A stretch of DNA of 52,309 nucleotides. Source: Nitrosotalea sp. (GTDB lineage: Archaea > Thermoproteota > Nitrososphaeria > Nitrososphaerales > Nitrosopumilaceae). Of the stretch, positions 30,144 to 39,829 are shown piece after piece. Where the stretch lies: contig JANWJG010000100.1 of assembly GCA_025449485.1 (NCBI GenBank), forward strand, positions 1 through 52,309, read 5' to 3'. The translations under genes were made by a program, and so were the position numbers. The notes beneath the pieces were generated by a model. The model worked only from the letters and a program-made list of their open reading frames with translations, was not told the origin of the DNA and did not search any database. Within the stretch, counting starts at the first letter, position 1, and every line of letters begins with the position of its first letter.

Positions 30144-30902
30144 ATGGCTGAACAAATCAAAGAGAAGGTACAAGAAAGATATGGCAAGATTGCATTAACT
30201 GGCAATTCTGATTGTTGTTGTATGCCAGGAGAATGTGGTACCAGTGATTCTCCTATTGATGCTGCTAAAATAATTGGTTATGACCAAGAAGAATTGAAAA
30301 CAATTCCACTAGAATCCATTTTGGGTGTTGGATGCGGCGCACCAATAAAGTTTGCAAATCTCAAAGAAGGTGAAACTGTTGTAGATATTGGCTCAGGTGC
30401 AGGAATTGATGCATTCCTTTCTGCAAACAAGGTATCAAAATCAGGAAAGGTAATTGGTATTGACATGACTGACGAAATGTTGGAAAAAGCAAAGGCAAAT
30501 GCAAAAAGCAGCAATTATGCTAATGTGGAATTTAGAAAGGGAGATGTTGAAAAAAACATCCCAGTGGATGATGGTACAGTTGATGCAGTAATTAGTAATT
30601 GTGTGATTAATCTTACTTCGGACAAGACAAGTGCATTCAGGGAGATTCATAGAATATTGAAAAATGGTGGGAGAATGGTGATTTCTGATCTGGTGACAGA
30701 TCTAGAACTTGAACAAGGCCAGATCAATGCAGAACAATGGTGTAGTTGCATAGATGGTGCATTGACACAAGAACATTATGTGGAGAGTATCACAAACGCT
30801 GGTTTTCAGGATGTTAGCATTCTAGACAAGAGGGTGTACATGGAAGGTGAGAAGGTAAATGGAAGGAAAATCACCAGTCTTGTCATAAGGGCGATAAAGT
30901 GA
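30144..30902 (+). CDS. arsM: arsenite S-adenosylmethionine methyltransferase
   Basis: 'GVGCGAP', SAM motif 'VVDIGSGAGID', 'ISNCVINL', 'WCSCIDGA'; N-terminal CCC. Confidence 0.9.
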   Translation: MAEQIKEKVQERYGKIALTGNSDCCCMPGECGTSDSPIDAAKIIGYDQEELKTIPLESILGVGCGAPIKFANLKEGETVVDIGSGAGIDAFLSANKVSKSGKVIGIDMTDEMLEKAKANAKSSNYANVEFRKGDVEKNIPVDDGTVDAVISNCVINLTSDKTSAFREIHRILKNGGRMVISDLVTDLELEQGQINAEQWCSCIDGALTQEHYVESITNAGFQDVSILDKRVYMEGEKVNGRKITSLVIRAIK

Positions 30903-31336
30903 ACATTATGAAATTCTTTGGAAAATCAAAACCTGAAAAGAAGGTCTTGTTTGTGTGTGTAGAAAACGCTGGAAGAAGCCAGATAGCAGAAGGTTTCTTT
31001 AGAAAGTATGCTCCAAAGGGATGGGCTCCAATCAGTGCTGGAACAAGACCCACACCAGAGATTAATCCTATTGCAATAGATGCCATGAAAGAAGTTGGGA
31101 TAGACATTAGCAAACAACGACCAAAGGAATTATCTGAAGAATTGATTCGTGCATCATTTCTAAAGGTGAGCATGGGTTGTATAGACCAAACAGAATGTCC
31201 TGCTGTATTTTTAGGTAATTTTCAAGATTGGGGAATTGAAGATCCAAAGGGAAAGCCAATTGAGAAAGTGCGTGAGATTAGAGATAACATTGAATTAAAG
31301 GTAAAAGAACTTGTCACAACTCTTGAATCTAACTAG
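30899..31336 (+). CDS. arsC: arsenate reductase (thioredoxin-type, LMW-PTP fold)
   Basis: 'CVENAGRSQIAE' CX5R loop, resolving 'MGC.....CP', 'DWGIEDPKG'. Confidence 0.88.
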   Translation: MNIMKFFGKSKPEKKVLFVCVENAGRSQIAEGFFRKYAPKGWAPISAGTRPTPEINPIAIDAMKEVGIDISKQRPKELSEELIRASFLKVSMGCIDQTECPAVFLGNFQDWGIEDPKGKPIEKVREIRDNIELKVKELVTTLESN

Positions 31337-32000
31337 CAAATTAACCTCTAATCAAAAGAGATTTTTTGCAGAATTAATTGGAACATTTGTCATAGTTGTA
31401 TTTGCTACAGGATCTGTAGTTTTAGATGCAAAATATGCTGGAACATTTGGATTGTGGTTTGTTGCCTTGGCACCAGCAGTTGCAGTTGCACTAATGGTGT
31501 ATGCATTTGGTAAAGTATCTATGGCACACTTTAACCCTGCAGTAACACTTGGATTTCTCATAACAAGACATTTGCCAAAAAATCTCTTACCATTGTATCT
31601 TGGTGCAGAAATAATTGGTGCATTGTTGGCAAGTATCTTTGTCAAGTATGTGATAGGAATTGATGCAAATCTTGGAGCAAATGCACCAGATTATCATTTT
31701 TCCATTGCACTCATTATAGGCATTGAAGTTCTGGTCACGGCATTATTGATGGCAACAATTCTGGTTGTTGTACATACCAAGGGGTTGAAGGGTTTTGGTG
31801 GCATGGCAATAGGTGCAATGATAGGCCTTGACATCTTCTTTTTTGCATTCATCTCTGGGGCATCTATGAATCCTGCCAGGTCTTTGGCACCTGCGATATT
31901 ATCTGGTTATGTTGATGACCTGTGGTTATACTTGACTGCGCCATTCATAGGTTCTATGGCAGTTGCCGTTGTTTACAAAATAAAGTTTGCAAAACGATAA
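31311..32000 (+). CDS. MIP family aquaporin/aquaglyceroporin (probable arsenite channel)
   Basis: Two NPA boxes (HFNPAVT, SMNPARS), 6 TMs; operonic with arsM/arsC. Confidence 0.9.
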   Translation: MSQLLNLTSKLTSNQKRFFAELIGTFVIVVFATGSVVLDAKYAGTFGLWFVALAPAVAVALMVYAFGKVSMAHFNPAVTLGFLITRHLPKNLLPLYLGAEIIGALLASIFVKYVIGIDANLGANAPDYHFSIALIIGIEVLVTALLMATILVVVHTKGLKGFGGMAIGAMIGLDIFFFAFISGASMNPARSLAPAILSGYVDDLWLYLTAPFIGSMAVAVVYKIKFAKR

Positions 32001-32055
32001 TCTCTTACAGTAATATATGGTGGATTTGACAACGAAATTGAATTGGCGAAACGAT

Positions 32056-32158
32056 GCCGGGGTCGCCTAGCCTGGTAGGGCGCGCGCCTGGAAATTAGTA
32101 ATAATACCATAAAGCGCGTACTCGCAAGGGTACGAGAGTTCAAATCTCTCTCCCGGCG
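32056..32158 (+). tRNA. tRNA-Ser(GGA) with 19-nt intron at canonical 37/38 (32094..32112)
   Basis: GCCGGGG/TCCCGGC acceptor stem, CGCGC/GCGCG anticodon stem around CT-GGA-A, long variable arm TACTC-GCAA-GGGTA, T-arm GAGAG-TTCAAAT-CTCTC. Confidence 0.93.
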
Positions 32159-32243
32159 CCTTAATTTTGATTATTTAAATTCTAAACCTAATTTTTTAAA
32201 ATCTAGCAGGTGCAAACTCACGAAATAACATATGTCAAAGGTA

Positions 32244-32909
32244 TTAGCATAAATCTTCAGTTGCATAAACTGCCATTTTATTTTCTGTCACCGCTACACC
32301 AATGCCCTCGTTTTGATGTCCACTATCCAAGATATTGTTACGGTCTGCAACACTATCTAACCATGTGTTGACGATATGCTGTGCAATCTGTGTTTCATTG
32401 CCTTGCGCAGTAACTACTGCAATATTTTCATTACTTGTGGAATATTCCGATGAACTAGCTTTACAATTGTATCCTGCAAATGTGTATCTGTAATTCAAAT
32501 TGTGGCCGCCTTCGTATGTGTTGTCTGACAAGAACTGGTGTATTGCCATATCTTGGCTGTGTGTCCTAGCTATATCAGAAAGTTTAAGATCATAATTGAT
32601 GGGTTGTACGCCATTTGTTTGTCTTGCTTGGTTTGCTATTTTGTGTATGTCTTGTTCAAGTAATGCAATATTGATTGTTGCTAGAGTCATGTTTGGTTCT
32701 TGAGATGTGTAACTTGATTGAACGGTTTGGGTAGTCTGTTCTGATTTTATGGTACTAGACATATCCTGAGCTTGAATGGGGGCTTGAGTCTTGGAATTTG
32801 TACTTTGATAAACAAACAAGGTCGCAATAACGGCTACACAAGCTAATCCGATTATGACATATCGTCGTGTGTTATTCCTGGTAGGTTTACTAGATGTGTC
32901 ATCTGTCAC
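32244..32909 (-). CDS. membrane-anchored CAP (SCP/PR-1) domain protein
   Basis: TM anchor, Thr/Gln linker, 'ANQARQ.NG..P', 'ARTHSQDMA', 'ENIA', 'WLDS...R.NIL', 'GIGVA'. Confidence 0.85.
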   Translation of the reverse strand: MTDDTSSKPTRNNTRRYVIIGLACVAVIATLFVYQSTNSKTQAPIQAQDMSSTIKSEQTTQTVQSSYTSQEPNMTLATINIALLEQDIHKIANQARQTNGVQPINYDLKLSDIARTHSQDMAIHQFLSDNTYEGGHNLNYRYTFAGYNCKASSSEYSTSNENIAVVTAQGNETQIAQHIVNTWLDSVADRNNILDSGHQNEGIGVAVTENKMAVYATEDLC

Positions 32910-33055
32910 TTTACTCTACAGAATATCGTATAACAATGAAAAGCCTTGCGTAGGATTTCTCCTAGGTGCCAAATCTGCTTCAAGCCTTGCCAGTCTGGGT
33001 GTCCTATTTTGAAGCATCTCATAGATTAATATTCTAAAATGAAAAAAGTAGATAC

Positions 33056-33316
33056 ATGTTCCCAGAACGTTGCTCTATTCGAAAAAAAGGGCGGGATTGT
33101 CCCATGCCTCCAGAATTTGCAATTTCTGTAAAATCAAACGATGCTGAATATATGGTTGGAGTAACGTGCGATATCCACAAAACTGCATTTACGGAAAAGT
33201 TGGAAATATTACAAAAAGAAGGCAAAGTTCCACAAGGGACGATTAGTTTTACTGGTCTAAAGCCTGTGGGTACTAGCTGTATCAAAGTCGATCCTAATGA
33301 CTTGATTGAGCTTTGA
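33056..33316 (+). CDS. small hypothetical protein, putative Zn-binding (C6, C15, C38, H41)
   Basis: 86 aa, ATG start; 'CSI...CP.PPEF...VTCDIH'. Confidence 0.7.
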   Translation: MFPERCSIRKKGRDCPMPPEFAISVKSNDAEYMVGVTCDIHKTAFTEKLEILQKEGKVPQGTISFTGLKPVGTSCIKVDPNDLIEL

Positions 33317-34295
33317 TTTGTAAATTGCTGACTTGTGCTTTGACTTGGTAAACCATTTTTCTGCCTGCAAGTCCTGACACTAGATTCTTGACTGCAATCT
33401 CTGCCATTTTTCTTCTTGTCTCAACAGTTGCACTGCCACTATGAGGCATTACTATTACGTTATTCTGTTTTACAATTGGATTGTTGGAATCTATCGGTTC
33501 CTTTTGAAACACATCAAGACCTGCTCCTGAAATTATTTTTCTTTCTAGTGCAATGACAAGATCTTTTTCATTTATTATTTTACCACGTGATGTATTGATT
33601 AAAAATGCAGTCTTTTTCATTTTCTTGAACAATTTCAAATTTACAATCTCATGAGTCTGTGGTGTATGTGGAGAGTGTATGCTTACTACATCACTGGTAC
33701 CAAACAAATTGTCTAGTGATACGTATCGTACTCCGCGCCTTTTTTCCTCTTTTTTTGACAATCTGGTTCTGTTGTGATATATTACATTCATCTCAAAACC
33801 TGCTGCTCTTTGTGCAACAGCTTTTCCTATTCTTCCCATTCCAAATATGCCTAATGTCTTTTGGTACAAGTCAGTTCCAAGAAACTCGTATGGACCAAAT
33901 ACTGTTCTCCATTTGTTGTCTCGAATCAGTTTGTCACCTTCTGGTATTCTTCTAAAAAGTGATAACATCAAAGCCATGGTTAGATCTGCAGTGGCTCTTG
34001 TCAATACTTCTGGTGTGTATCCTACAACAATGCCTCTTTCTGAGGCAGTCTTGATGTCTATATGATCATAGCCCACACTATACGTGGAAATTGCTTTGAG
34101 CTTGGTTCCAGCATTGATTACATCCGAGTCGATTGTATCATACGGATAACAGACAAGACCATCCTTGTCCTTGATTTTTAATATCAACAACGTTTTTGGC
34201 ATTGGAATGCTTCCTGTGTGGATCTCGACATCGTATCTTTTTTTGAGCTCCTTTATGGCAAAATCATGAATCTTTCTGGTAAGTAGAATTTTCAA
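33294..34295 (-). CDS. D-isomer-specific 2-hydroxyacid dehydrogenase (glyoxylate reductase-like)
   Basis: 'SVGYDHID', 'GIFGMGRIG', 'NTSRG', 'PHSGSAT'. Confidence 0.92.
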   Translation of the reverse strand: MKILLTRKIHDFAIKELKKRYDVEIHTGSIPMPKTLLILKIKDKDGLVCYPYDTIDSDVINAGTKLKAISTYSVGYDHIDIKTASERGIVVGYTPEVLTRATADLTMALMLSLFRRIPEGDKLIRDNKWRTVFGPYEFLGTDLYQKTLGIFGMGRIGKAVAQRAAGFEMNVIYHNRTRLSKKEEKRRGVRYVSLDNLFGTSDVVSIHSPHTPQTHEIVNLKLFKKMKKTAFLINTSRGKIINEKDLVIALERKIISGAGLDVFQKEPIDSNNPIVKQNNVIVMPHSGSATVETRRKMAEIAVKNLVSGLAGRKMVYQVKAQVSNLQIKAQSSH

Positions 34296-34425
34296 CTATC
34301 TTGATAATGGTAAATGGCAATTTTAAGAGTATTATGATAAATTATCTAACTATGAGTAAAATTCTACAAATAGACTTTTTTCATTACAACAACTCTTTAT
34401 AATTAATCCTGGTAATCATATACAA

Positions 34426-34560
34426 TTGAAGCACAAAGAAGAATTTGCGATTTGTGTACAGTGTAGAAATCCTATCGAAAAATGCGTGTGTGTTTGTCCA
34501 TTTTGTGGAGAACGTGATAAATGTGAATGTGCATTGTTTGATGCAGCTACTGGCGGATAA
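34426..34560 (+). CDS. 44-aa cysteine-rich peptide ending in Gly-Gly (not in ORF track)
   Basis: Hand translation from TTG: MKHKEEFAICVQCRNPIEKCVCVCPFCGERDKCECALFDAATGG*; TTTATAAT box ~25 bp upstream. Confidence 0.7.
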   Translation: MKHKEEFAICVQCRNPIEKCVCVCPFCGERDKCECALFDAATGG

Positions 34561-34615
34561 CTTTTCATTTGACATTTATAGCATTATTAATATTTGATGA
34601 GCGTCTAGGTTCAAC

Positions 34616-36529
34616 ATGTCTTCTATTGATTTAACTTGGGTTATTGGCGGTCCTCAAGGTGGCGGTGTTGAAACTGCGGCAAACATTTTTGCTGGTGCAT
34701 GTGCTGGTTGTGGACTAAAAATATTTGGGAAAAGAGAGTATTATTCCAACATAAAGGGTGAGCACAGCTATTTTGGAGTCCGAGTCTCTGACAAGACAAT
34801 TCGATCAAATGTGAGTGGAATTACAATGCTTGTAGGGTTTGATTCCGAGACAATATTTCGACATGTCGAAGATGTGTTCGATGATGGTGCAATTGTGTAT
34901 GAATCTGAGTTGACTGGAATGAAAATGGATGAGGTTCATACACTTGATGCGCAATTCAAGGAACGTCTCAAAAAATATCTTACATCAAAAAACAAACCAT
35001 TTACAATTCAGGGCCTGCTTGATGAAGCCAAGGAACGAGGAATCACACTATATCCTGTATCTTTTAGAGAAATTCTGGCTAATCTGTCAGATGAAACCAA
35101 AAATCCAAAGATACGAGGCATGTTTCGTATGCAAAACGTTCTTGCTGTTTCTGTGTCTCTTGGTTTGTTGGGGTTACCTCCGGATACATTGCTCAAATCT
35201 GTGGGAACAATATTTTCAAGAAAAGCAGAGATTGCAGAGATGAACAAAGTCGCAGCAAACTATGCTTACAACCTTGCCACCGTAAAATATTCGAAATTCA
35301 AGTACCAGTTACCACAAATTCCAAAAGAAGAACATACCATGCTGGTTCAAGGATTTCAATCTACAAGTCTTGGGAAAATAGCATGTGGCTGTAGGTTCCA
35401 GTCGTATTATCCAATCACTCCTGCATCCGATGAAAGTGTATTTTTGGAATCAAATGAAATTTTTGAGGTGGAAAACAACCGACCAGGATCTACGCTAGTT
35501 GTGCAGACAGAAGATGAGATATCTGCAATTGGAATGATTATTGGTGCATCCTTGACAGGAACTAGATCTTCTACAAGTACCTCTGGTCCAGGCTTTTCCC
35601 TTATGGCAGAAGCTCTTGGTTGGGCTGGGATAAACGAAGTACCGATTGTTGTAACTTTGTATCAGCGAAGTGGTCCTTCAACGGGTCTTCCTACAAGACA
35701 TGGACAAGATGATCTACTGTTTGCAATACATGCAGGACACGGAGATTTTCCAAGAATCGTATATGCATCAGGGGATACTGAAGAGGGATTTTATGATACT
35801 GCAAAATGTTTCAACTTTGCTGATGTCTACCAAATTCCTGTTATACACATGATGGACAAATTCATTGCAAGTACGGTATCAACGGTACCAAGATTTGATT
35901 CAACCAAAATAACGATACAGCGTGGAAAATTATTGGAAAAAATTGAAGATGCAGGATACAAACGATTTACACCATCTCCTGATGGAATATCTCCAAGATC
36001 AAGACTAGGGCTTGAAAATGGAATATTCTGGAATACTGGTGATGAAAGTGATCAGGAAGGACACATATCCGAAGATCCTGAAAATCGTATCTACAAGATG
36101 GACAAGCGTGCACACAAACTAGATCTTGCACTGGAACAAATACCCAAAGAAGACCAGGCTATTAACTATGGAATATCAGACTTTTGTATTATCAGCTGGG
36201 GGTCTGCCAAGGGTCCAATCTTGGATGGTATCGACATGCTAAAAAAAGAGGGATACAAGGTTGGATTTATTCAAATCAAGATGTTGCATCCATTTCCTAC
36301 TGGATACGTGCAATCGCTACTTTCAGGGGTCAAGACAATCATAGACATTGAAGCAAACCAAGCCGGCCAACTGGGTTCATTGTTTAATGAACACTTGGAC
36401 AGAAAGGTTGACTATTACATATTAAAATACACTGGAAGACCAATGACTTGTAATGAGGTTTTTGATTCTGTTAAAAAAATTATCGACAACAAGGCAGAGA
36501 AAAAGCAGGTGCTAACATATGGCGTCTAA
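34616..36529 (+). CDS. 2-oxoacid:ferredoxin oxidoreductase subunit alpha (gamma-alpha fusion)
   Basis: 'GGPQGGGV', 'YPITPAS', 'EDEISA', 'TSGPGFSLM', 'GPSTGLPT'. Confidence 0.95.
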   Translation: MSSIDLTWVIGGPQGGGVETAANIFAGACAGCGLKIFGKREYYSNIKGEHSYFGVRVSDKTIRSNVSGITMLVGFDSETIFRHVEDVFDDGAIVYESELTGMKMDEVHTLDAQFKERLKKYLTSKNKPFTIQGLLDEAKERGITLYPVSFREILANLSDETKNPKIRGMFRMQNVLAVSVSLGLLGLPPDTLLKSVGTIFSRKAEIAEMNKVAANYAYNLATVKYSKFKYQLPQIPKEEHTMLVQGFQSTSLGKIACGCRFQSYYPITPASDESVFLESNEIFEVENNRPGSTLVVQTEDEISAIGMIIGASLTGTRSSTSTSGPGFSLMAEALGWAGINEVPIVVTLYQRSGPSTGLPTRHGQDDLLFAIHAGHGDFPRIVYASGDTEEGFYDTAKCFNFADVYQIPVIHMMDKFIASTVSTVPRFDSTKITIQRGKLLEKIEDAGYKRFTPSPDGISPRSRLGLENGIFWNTGDESDQEGHISEDPENRIYKMDKRAHKLDLALEQIPKEDQAINYGISDFCIISWGSAKGPILDGIDMLKKEGYKVGFIQIKMLHPFPTGYVQSLLSGVKTIIDIEANQAGQLGSLFNEHLDRKVDYYILKYTGRPMTCNEVFDSVKKIIDNKAEKKQVLTYGV

Positions 36530-37484
36530 TTTAGCAGATTACAAAACCGAAGTCCACAATGACTGGTGTCCTGGATGTGGGGATTTTGGTATAGTAAGTG
36601 CAATTCAAATGGCTCTTGCAGAAATGCAAGTCCCAAGACACAAGGCTGCAATATTTTCTGGTGTAGGCTGTTCTGGTAAGACCTCGCATTTCATCAACAC
36701 ATATGGTGTTCATACGTTACATGGTAGGGTACTCGCATTTTCACAGGGTGCAAAACTCGCAAATCCTGAGATGACAATAATTGCAGCTGGTGGAGATGGT
36801 GATGGATTGGGAATTGGTGCGGGACATTTTGTTGCAGCTGGCAGAAGAAATGTGGACATGACATACATCATATTCAATAATGGAGTTTATGGCCTGACCA
36901 AAGGACAAGCATCGCCTACACTAAAACTTGGATTAAAGACCAAGTCTCTTCCAGAGCCAAATGTAAACCAGTCAGTAAACCCAATCGCACTTGCAATTGC
37001 AAGTGGGTATACGTTTGTTGCAAGGGGATATGCATATGATGTAAGACAACTAAAGGATCTGATAATTGCAGCAGTAAAACATCGGGGCCTGTCATTTCTT
37101 GATGTACTACAGCCGTGTCCAACCTACAATGATATCAATACAAGAGACTGGTTTTCAGGGCTGGATAACATTGATGAAATGACAAACAAGCCCATGCCAA
37201 GAATCTACAAGCTTGAAGATACTGGCTATGATCCACTTGTTCACATTGATTCGCCTGAAGAAGAAAATGAAAAGCTCACCCAGGCCTTGATAAAGTCAAA
37301 CGAGTGGGATTCAAAGATTCCAACTGGAATATTCTACAAAAACGAAATAATTGCACCCTATGACGAGCGAATGGCAGGAAGGATTCCAAACTATCTTGAA
37401 AACCCTCCTGCATACCAAGAAATCTCGTCTGGAGGCAAGTCAATAACTAACATATCAAAAATGCTAGATGCTCTAGAAATCTAA
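36519..37484 (+). CDS. 2-oxoacid:ferredoxin oxidoreductase subunit beta
   Basis: 'WCPGCGDF', 'GVGCS', TPP motif 'GDGD...[15 protein letters not shown]', 'QPCPTY'. Confidence 0.95.
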   Translation: MASNLADYKTEVHNDWCPGCGDFGIVSAIQMALAEMQVPRHKAAIFSGVGCSGKTSHFINTYGVHTLHGRVLAFSQGAKLANPEMTIIAAGGDGDGLGIGAGHFVAAGRRNVDMTYIIFNNGVYGLTKGQASPTLKLGLKTKSLPEPNVNQSVNPIALAIASGYTFVARGYAYDVRQLKDLIIAAVKHRGLSFLDVLQPCPTYNDINTRDWFSGLDNIDEMTNKPMPRIYKLEDTGYDPLVHIDSPEEENEKLTQALIKSNEWDSKIPTGIFYKNEIIAPYDERMAGRIPNYLENPPAYQEISSGGKSITNISKMLDALEI

Positions 37485-37578
37485 TTTTGTTAGGCATGTC
37501 TCCCCTAACCTGCTAAAATTTCTCGCTTCCAATAATGATATAAGTTATTAGCATGTTCTAAAAAAGAGTAGTTCTAGT

Positions 37579-38013
37579 TTGAATCTGGAAGAAGTAAACA
37601 AGATATTCCGAAAATCTATCATTGATGGGTATTTTGAACCAAACCTTGTAAAACTAGATTTTAAAAAATCAAATGTAAAACATCCTACGATCAGAGACGA
37701 TGGACTGATGCAAGAAAATCTATTGCACCTCTTTTTTGATATCGATACTGGTTCTGACTATCCTGATGGTGATGAATGGTTTATGGCAGAATTTCTTTTT
37801 CCGTTTAACATCAAGATTCCTGATAGCCTAAAAGGCCCTGACTACTTTAGTACGTTATCTGTTGGAGAGGGAAAAAACTTTTGGAGACACAGAGAGCTTA
37901 TTAGATACAAGTATGGAAAATCCAAGAAATTGGAAGAATCTCTAGATTTTATTGAAAAAAAATATCGTGAACTGCAGTCAATGCTTGAACCTCTGGAAAA
38001 AGAGATCAAGTAA
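37579..38013 (+). CDS. hypothetical protein
   Basis: 144-aa ORF, TTG start, no motif recognised. Confidence 0.7.
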   Translation: MNLEEVNKIFRKSIIDGYFEPNLVKLDFKKSNVKHPTIRDDGLMQENLLHLFFDIDTGSDYPDGDEWFMAEFLFPFNIKIPDSLKGPDYFSTLSVGEGKNFWRHRELIRYKYGKSKKLEESLDFIEKKYRELQSMLEPLEKEIK

Positions 38014-38536
38014 TCTTCCATTCGTTTTCTACAAAGTGATACGTCCTGTCTTCTGCATCTGCATTAATGTTCCATCTTCCAATGATGTCATCAAACTGAT
38101 ATGAAACCAATGTGGTGTTTTGTGGCATTTTTTTTGGATCTAAATGATACGGTAACAATTCTATCACAAAATCAATCTTGTCTACTGCCGTATCAAATGA
38201 GCGCCTATCGTCAAGATCTATTGTAAATACAATGCTTGGCTTGCCTGTGAATTTGATGTAAACCCGTAAACTCTTTCCTCCTCCGCGTCGTCTCTTCATC
38301 TCTTTTATGATGCCCTTTAGTTTGTCCCATCGCGGCACACCAAATTGTTTGAAAAAAATCTCATTGAATTCAAGAGGAAATGTCACACTAATCATGGTTG
38401 TATAGTCTTCTTCTTGTTCTGCATTGGGATCTTCTTGTACGTTAAACTGATTGTGTAACAAGCTAAAGATAACTTCCAATTCCCATGGGGATATACCATA
38501 AAATTCCAAGTACAGTGGAAGCTTCGGTGTACTCAT
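38006..38536 (-). CDS. hypothetical protein
   Basis: 176-aa ORF, ATG start, TATA-like box ~25 bp upstream. Confidence 0.7.
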   Translation of the reverse strand: MSTPKLPLYLEFYGISPWELEVIFSLLHNQFNVQEDPNAEQEEDYTTMISVTFPLEFNEIFFKQFGVPRWDKLKGIIKEMKRRRGGGKSLRVYIKFTGKPSIVFTIDLDDRRSFDTAVDKIDFVIELLPYHLDPKKMPQNTTLVSYQFDDIIGRWNINADAEDRTYHFVENEWKIT

Positions 38537-38630
38537 TTACAGATAATGAGAAAAATTTCTAATTAAAGGTTCACAGCCGGTAAATAGTTTTCTGATTGTG
38601 ATTTGTTAATTATTTGGGTTCAGACATGTG

Positions 38631-38660
38631 AGAGTTCGAGTCTTACAGAATTCGAACTTT
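38631..38660. repeat. motif A copy 1 (GAGTCTTACAG at 38638..38648) inside hairpin AGAGTTCGAGT...ATTCGAACTTT
   Basis: Same 11-mer at 39862 and 40470; flanking inverted repeat read directly. Confidence 0.75.
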
Positions 38661-38671
38661 TTCATTGCATA

Positions 38672-38698
38672 GGGAACTAAACTAAGTGATTAGTTCCC
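38672..38698. repeat. motif B copy 1 (GGGAACTAAACTAAGTGA) within hairpin GGGAACTAA...TTAGTTCCC
   Basis: Perfect 9-bp inverted repeat; 16/18 identical to 39830..39847. Confidence 0.65.
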
Positions 38699-38738
38699 CC
38701 AGAGAGTTTTAACAGTCCATCTTCAATTCAAATAATAC

Positions 38739-39746
38739 TCAAAAATCTTTTATCGCTTGTAATAGTGTCATGTCGTAATCCAAGCGCCATTCGGGATAAC
38801 AACTTAACATCATTCCATTATAGATTTTATGAAAATTCCAGTTTTCACAGCCTCTGTCATACTCTAATTTTGAATTATCATATTGCCAGCCAAAACCGTT
38901 TACAATGGTACTATTTGGATATCCGTGTCCTCTAACAAGTGTAACTGTATTGTTCCAGTAATCTATTGACACCTTTGCATAGAGTGCGTTGGGATACAAG
39001 TAGAGTACTTGAGGATGTTTTGTTATTGCATCAAATTCTCTTTGTGTTACGTATTCATTGTGGAGTAAAATCACTTCATCGTATTGTTCTAATATCTTTG
39101 GATTTTTGTCTATGTCGATATCTGTTATGGTGTGATACCCAAGTGATTTTAGTACCTTGAGTCCATTAGAACTGTCCATCAATGAATGGAGGTCATCGTG
39201 TATCTTGACAGTGAGGCATCTGGAACATTCTCCTCTATAATGCGCATAAAACCCCATGTCAGAATATGCGCTGGATGTAAGAATGGGAACCACTACAACA
39301 GATTTCTCTGTTTCATTTGTAACTGATATCGTTTTGAGTTGTTGGCTTATGCTTGATCTAAAATTATCATCCATTCTTATCCCACCGTTTTTTATCATGT
39401 ACCTAACAGTACTAACGAAATCCTTGTCAGAAATTCTTCCAGTACCCCAATAATATGCTATGTCTTTGAATTCATATGATCTACTCTGTGTGCTATTGTT
39501 GAGAACAACTAGTTGGATGGGAATAATTTTCTTTTCTACTGACCATTTTATGCTGTTGATAAATTCACTATATGAAATCTTGCCATCATGCCACCATACT
39601 GCATCATGTTTAATCCATTGTGGCACCAAGTTTTTTCCATTGTCTGCCTCTGCCTTGTCAAGCGGTATGAATAAAATTAATACAAGAAAACTAGCAATGC
39701 TCAGAGATACGACATATGTAATTATTTGAAAGGAACTTGCACTCAT
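38739..39746 (-). CDS. exported protein with two thaumarchaeal 'VP.WIK..A.WW..G.IS..EF' repeats and a C-terminal alpha/beta domain
   Basis: N-terminal hydrophobic segment; repeats 'VPQWIKHDAVWWHDGKISYSEF' and 'FKDIAYYWGTGRISDKDF'; C-term 'YDEVILLHNEY...LYPNALY'. Confidence 0.8.
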   Translation of the reverse strand: MSASSFQIITYVVSLSIASFLVLILFIPLDKAEADNGKNLVPQWIKHDAVWWHDGKISYSEFINSIKWSVEKKIIPIQLVVLNNSTQSRSYEFKDIAYYWGTGRISDKDFVSTVRYMIKNGGIRMDDNFRSSISQQLKTISVTNETEKSVVVVPILTSSAYSDMGFYAHYRGECSRCLTVKIHDDLHSLMDSSNGLKVLKSLGYHTITDIDIDKNPKILEQYDEVILLHNEYVTQREFDAITKHPQVLYLYPNALYAKVSIDYWNNTVTLVRGHGYPNSTIVNGFGWQYDNSKLEYDRGCENWNFHKIYNGMMLSCYPEWRLDYDMTLLQAIKDF

Positions 39747-39788
39747 ACATATCGCTGTTGTTTTAGCATGTAATTTATTTCCAAAATT

Positions 39789-39824
39789 TGTATATTATGT
39801 TTCAGGGACACTTGCCTAAGTGTC
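39789..39824 (-). promoter_or_regulatory. motif C copy 1: TATA-like box plus palindrome GACACTT-GCCT-AAGTGTC
   Basis: 30/34 identical to 41359..41392; upstream of minus-strand gene starting at 39746. Confidence 0.7.
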
Positions 39825-39829
39825 AAAGG

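Noticed and set aside
30081-30173. Apparent head-to-head overlap of the HxlR ORF (to 30173) and arsM (from 30120)
   Set aside because: Artefact of longest-ORF calling; starts at 30080 and 30144 leave a normal divergent promoter containing the operator.
32941-32990. 9-bp direct repeat AAGCCTTGC with a small hairpin upstream of the CAP gene
   Set aside because: Only two short copies with no link to other motifs; could be chance or a local operator, and cannot be supported.
34384-34575. 63-aa minus-strand ORF from the track
   Set aside because: The plus-strand Cys-rich ORF at 34426..34560 has a promoter at proper spacing and a patterned sequence, so the minus ORF is likely its shadow.
37490-37505. 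TTAGGCATGTCTCCCC, 13/16 match to the reverse complement of motif C
   Set aside because: Lacks the CAC half-site and the linked TATA spacing; equally explained by the GTTAGG/CCTAAC hairpin right after the OFOR beta stop (terminator-like). Left unassigned.
38630-38646. GAGAGTTCGAGTCT resembles the tRNA-Ser T-arm (GAGAGTTCAAATCT), i.e. a possible attR of a tRNA-integrated element
   Set aside because: Only a short imperfect match with no acceptor-stem continuation; the intervening 6.5 kb holds core genes (OFOR) and no integrase.
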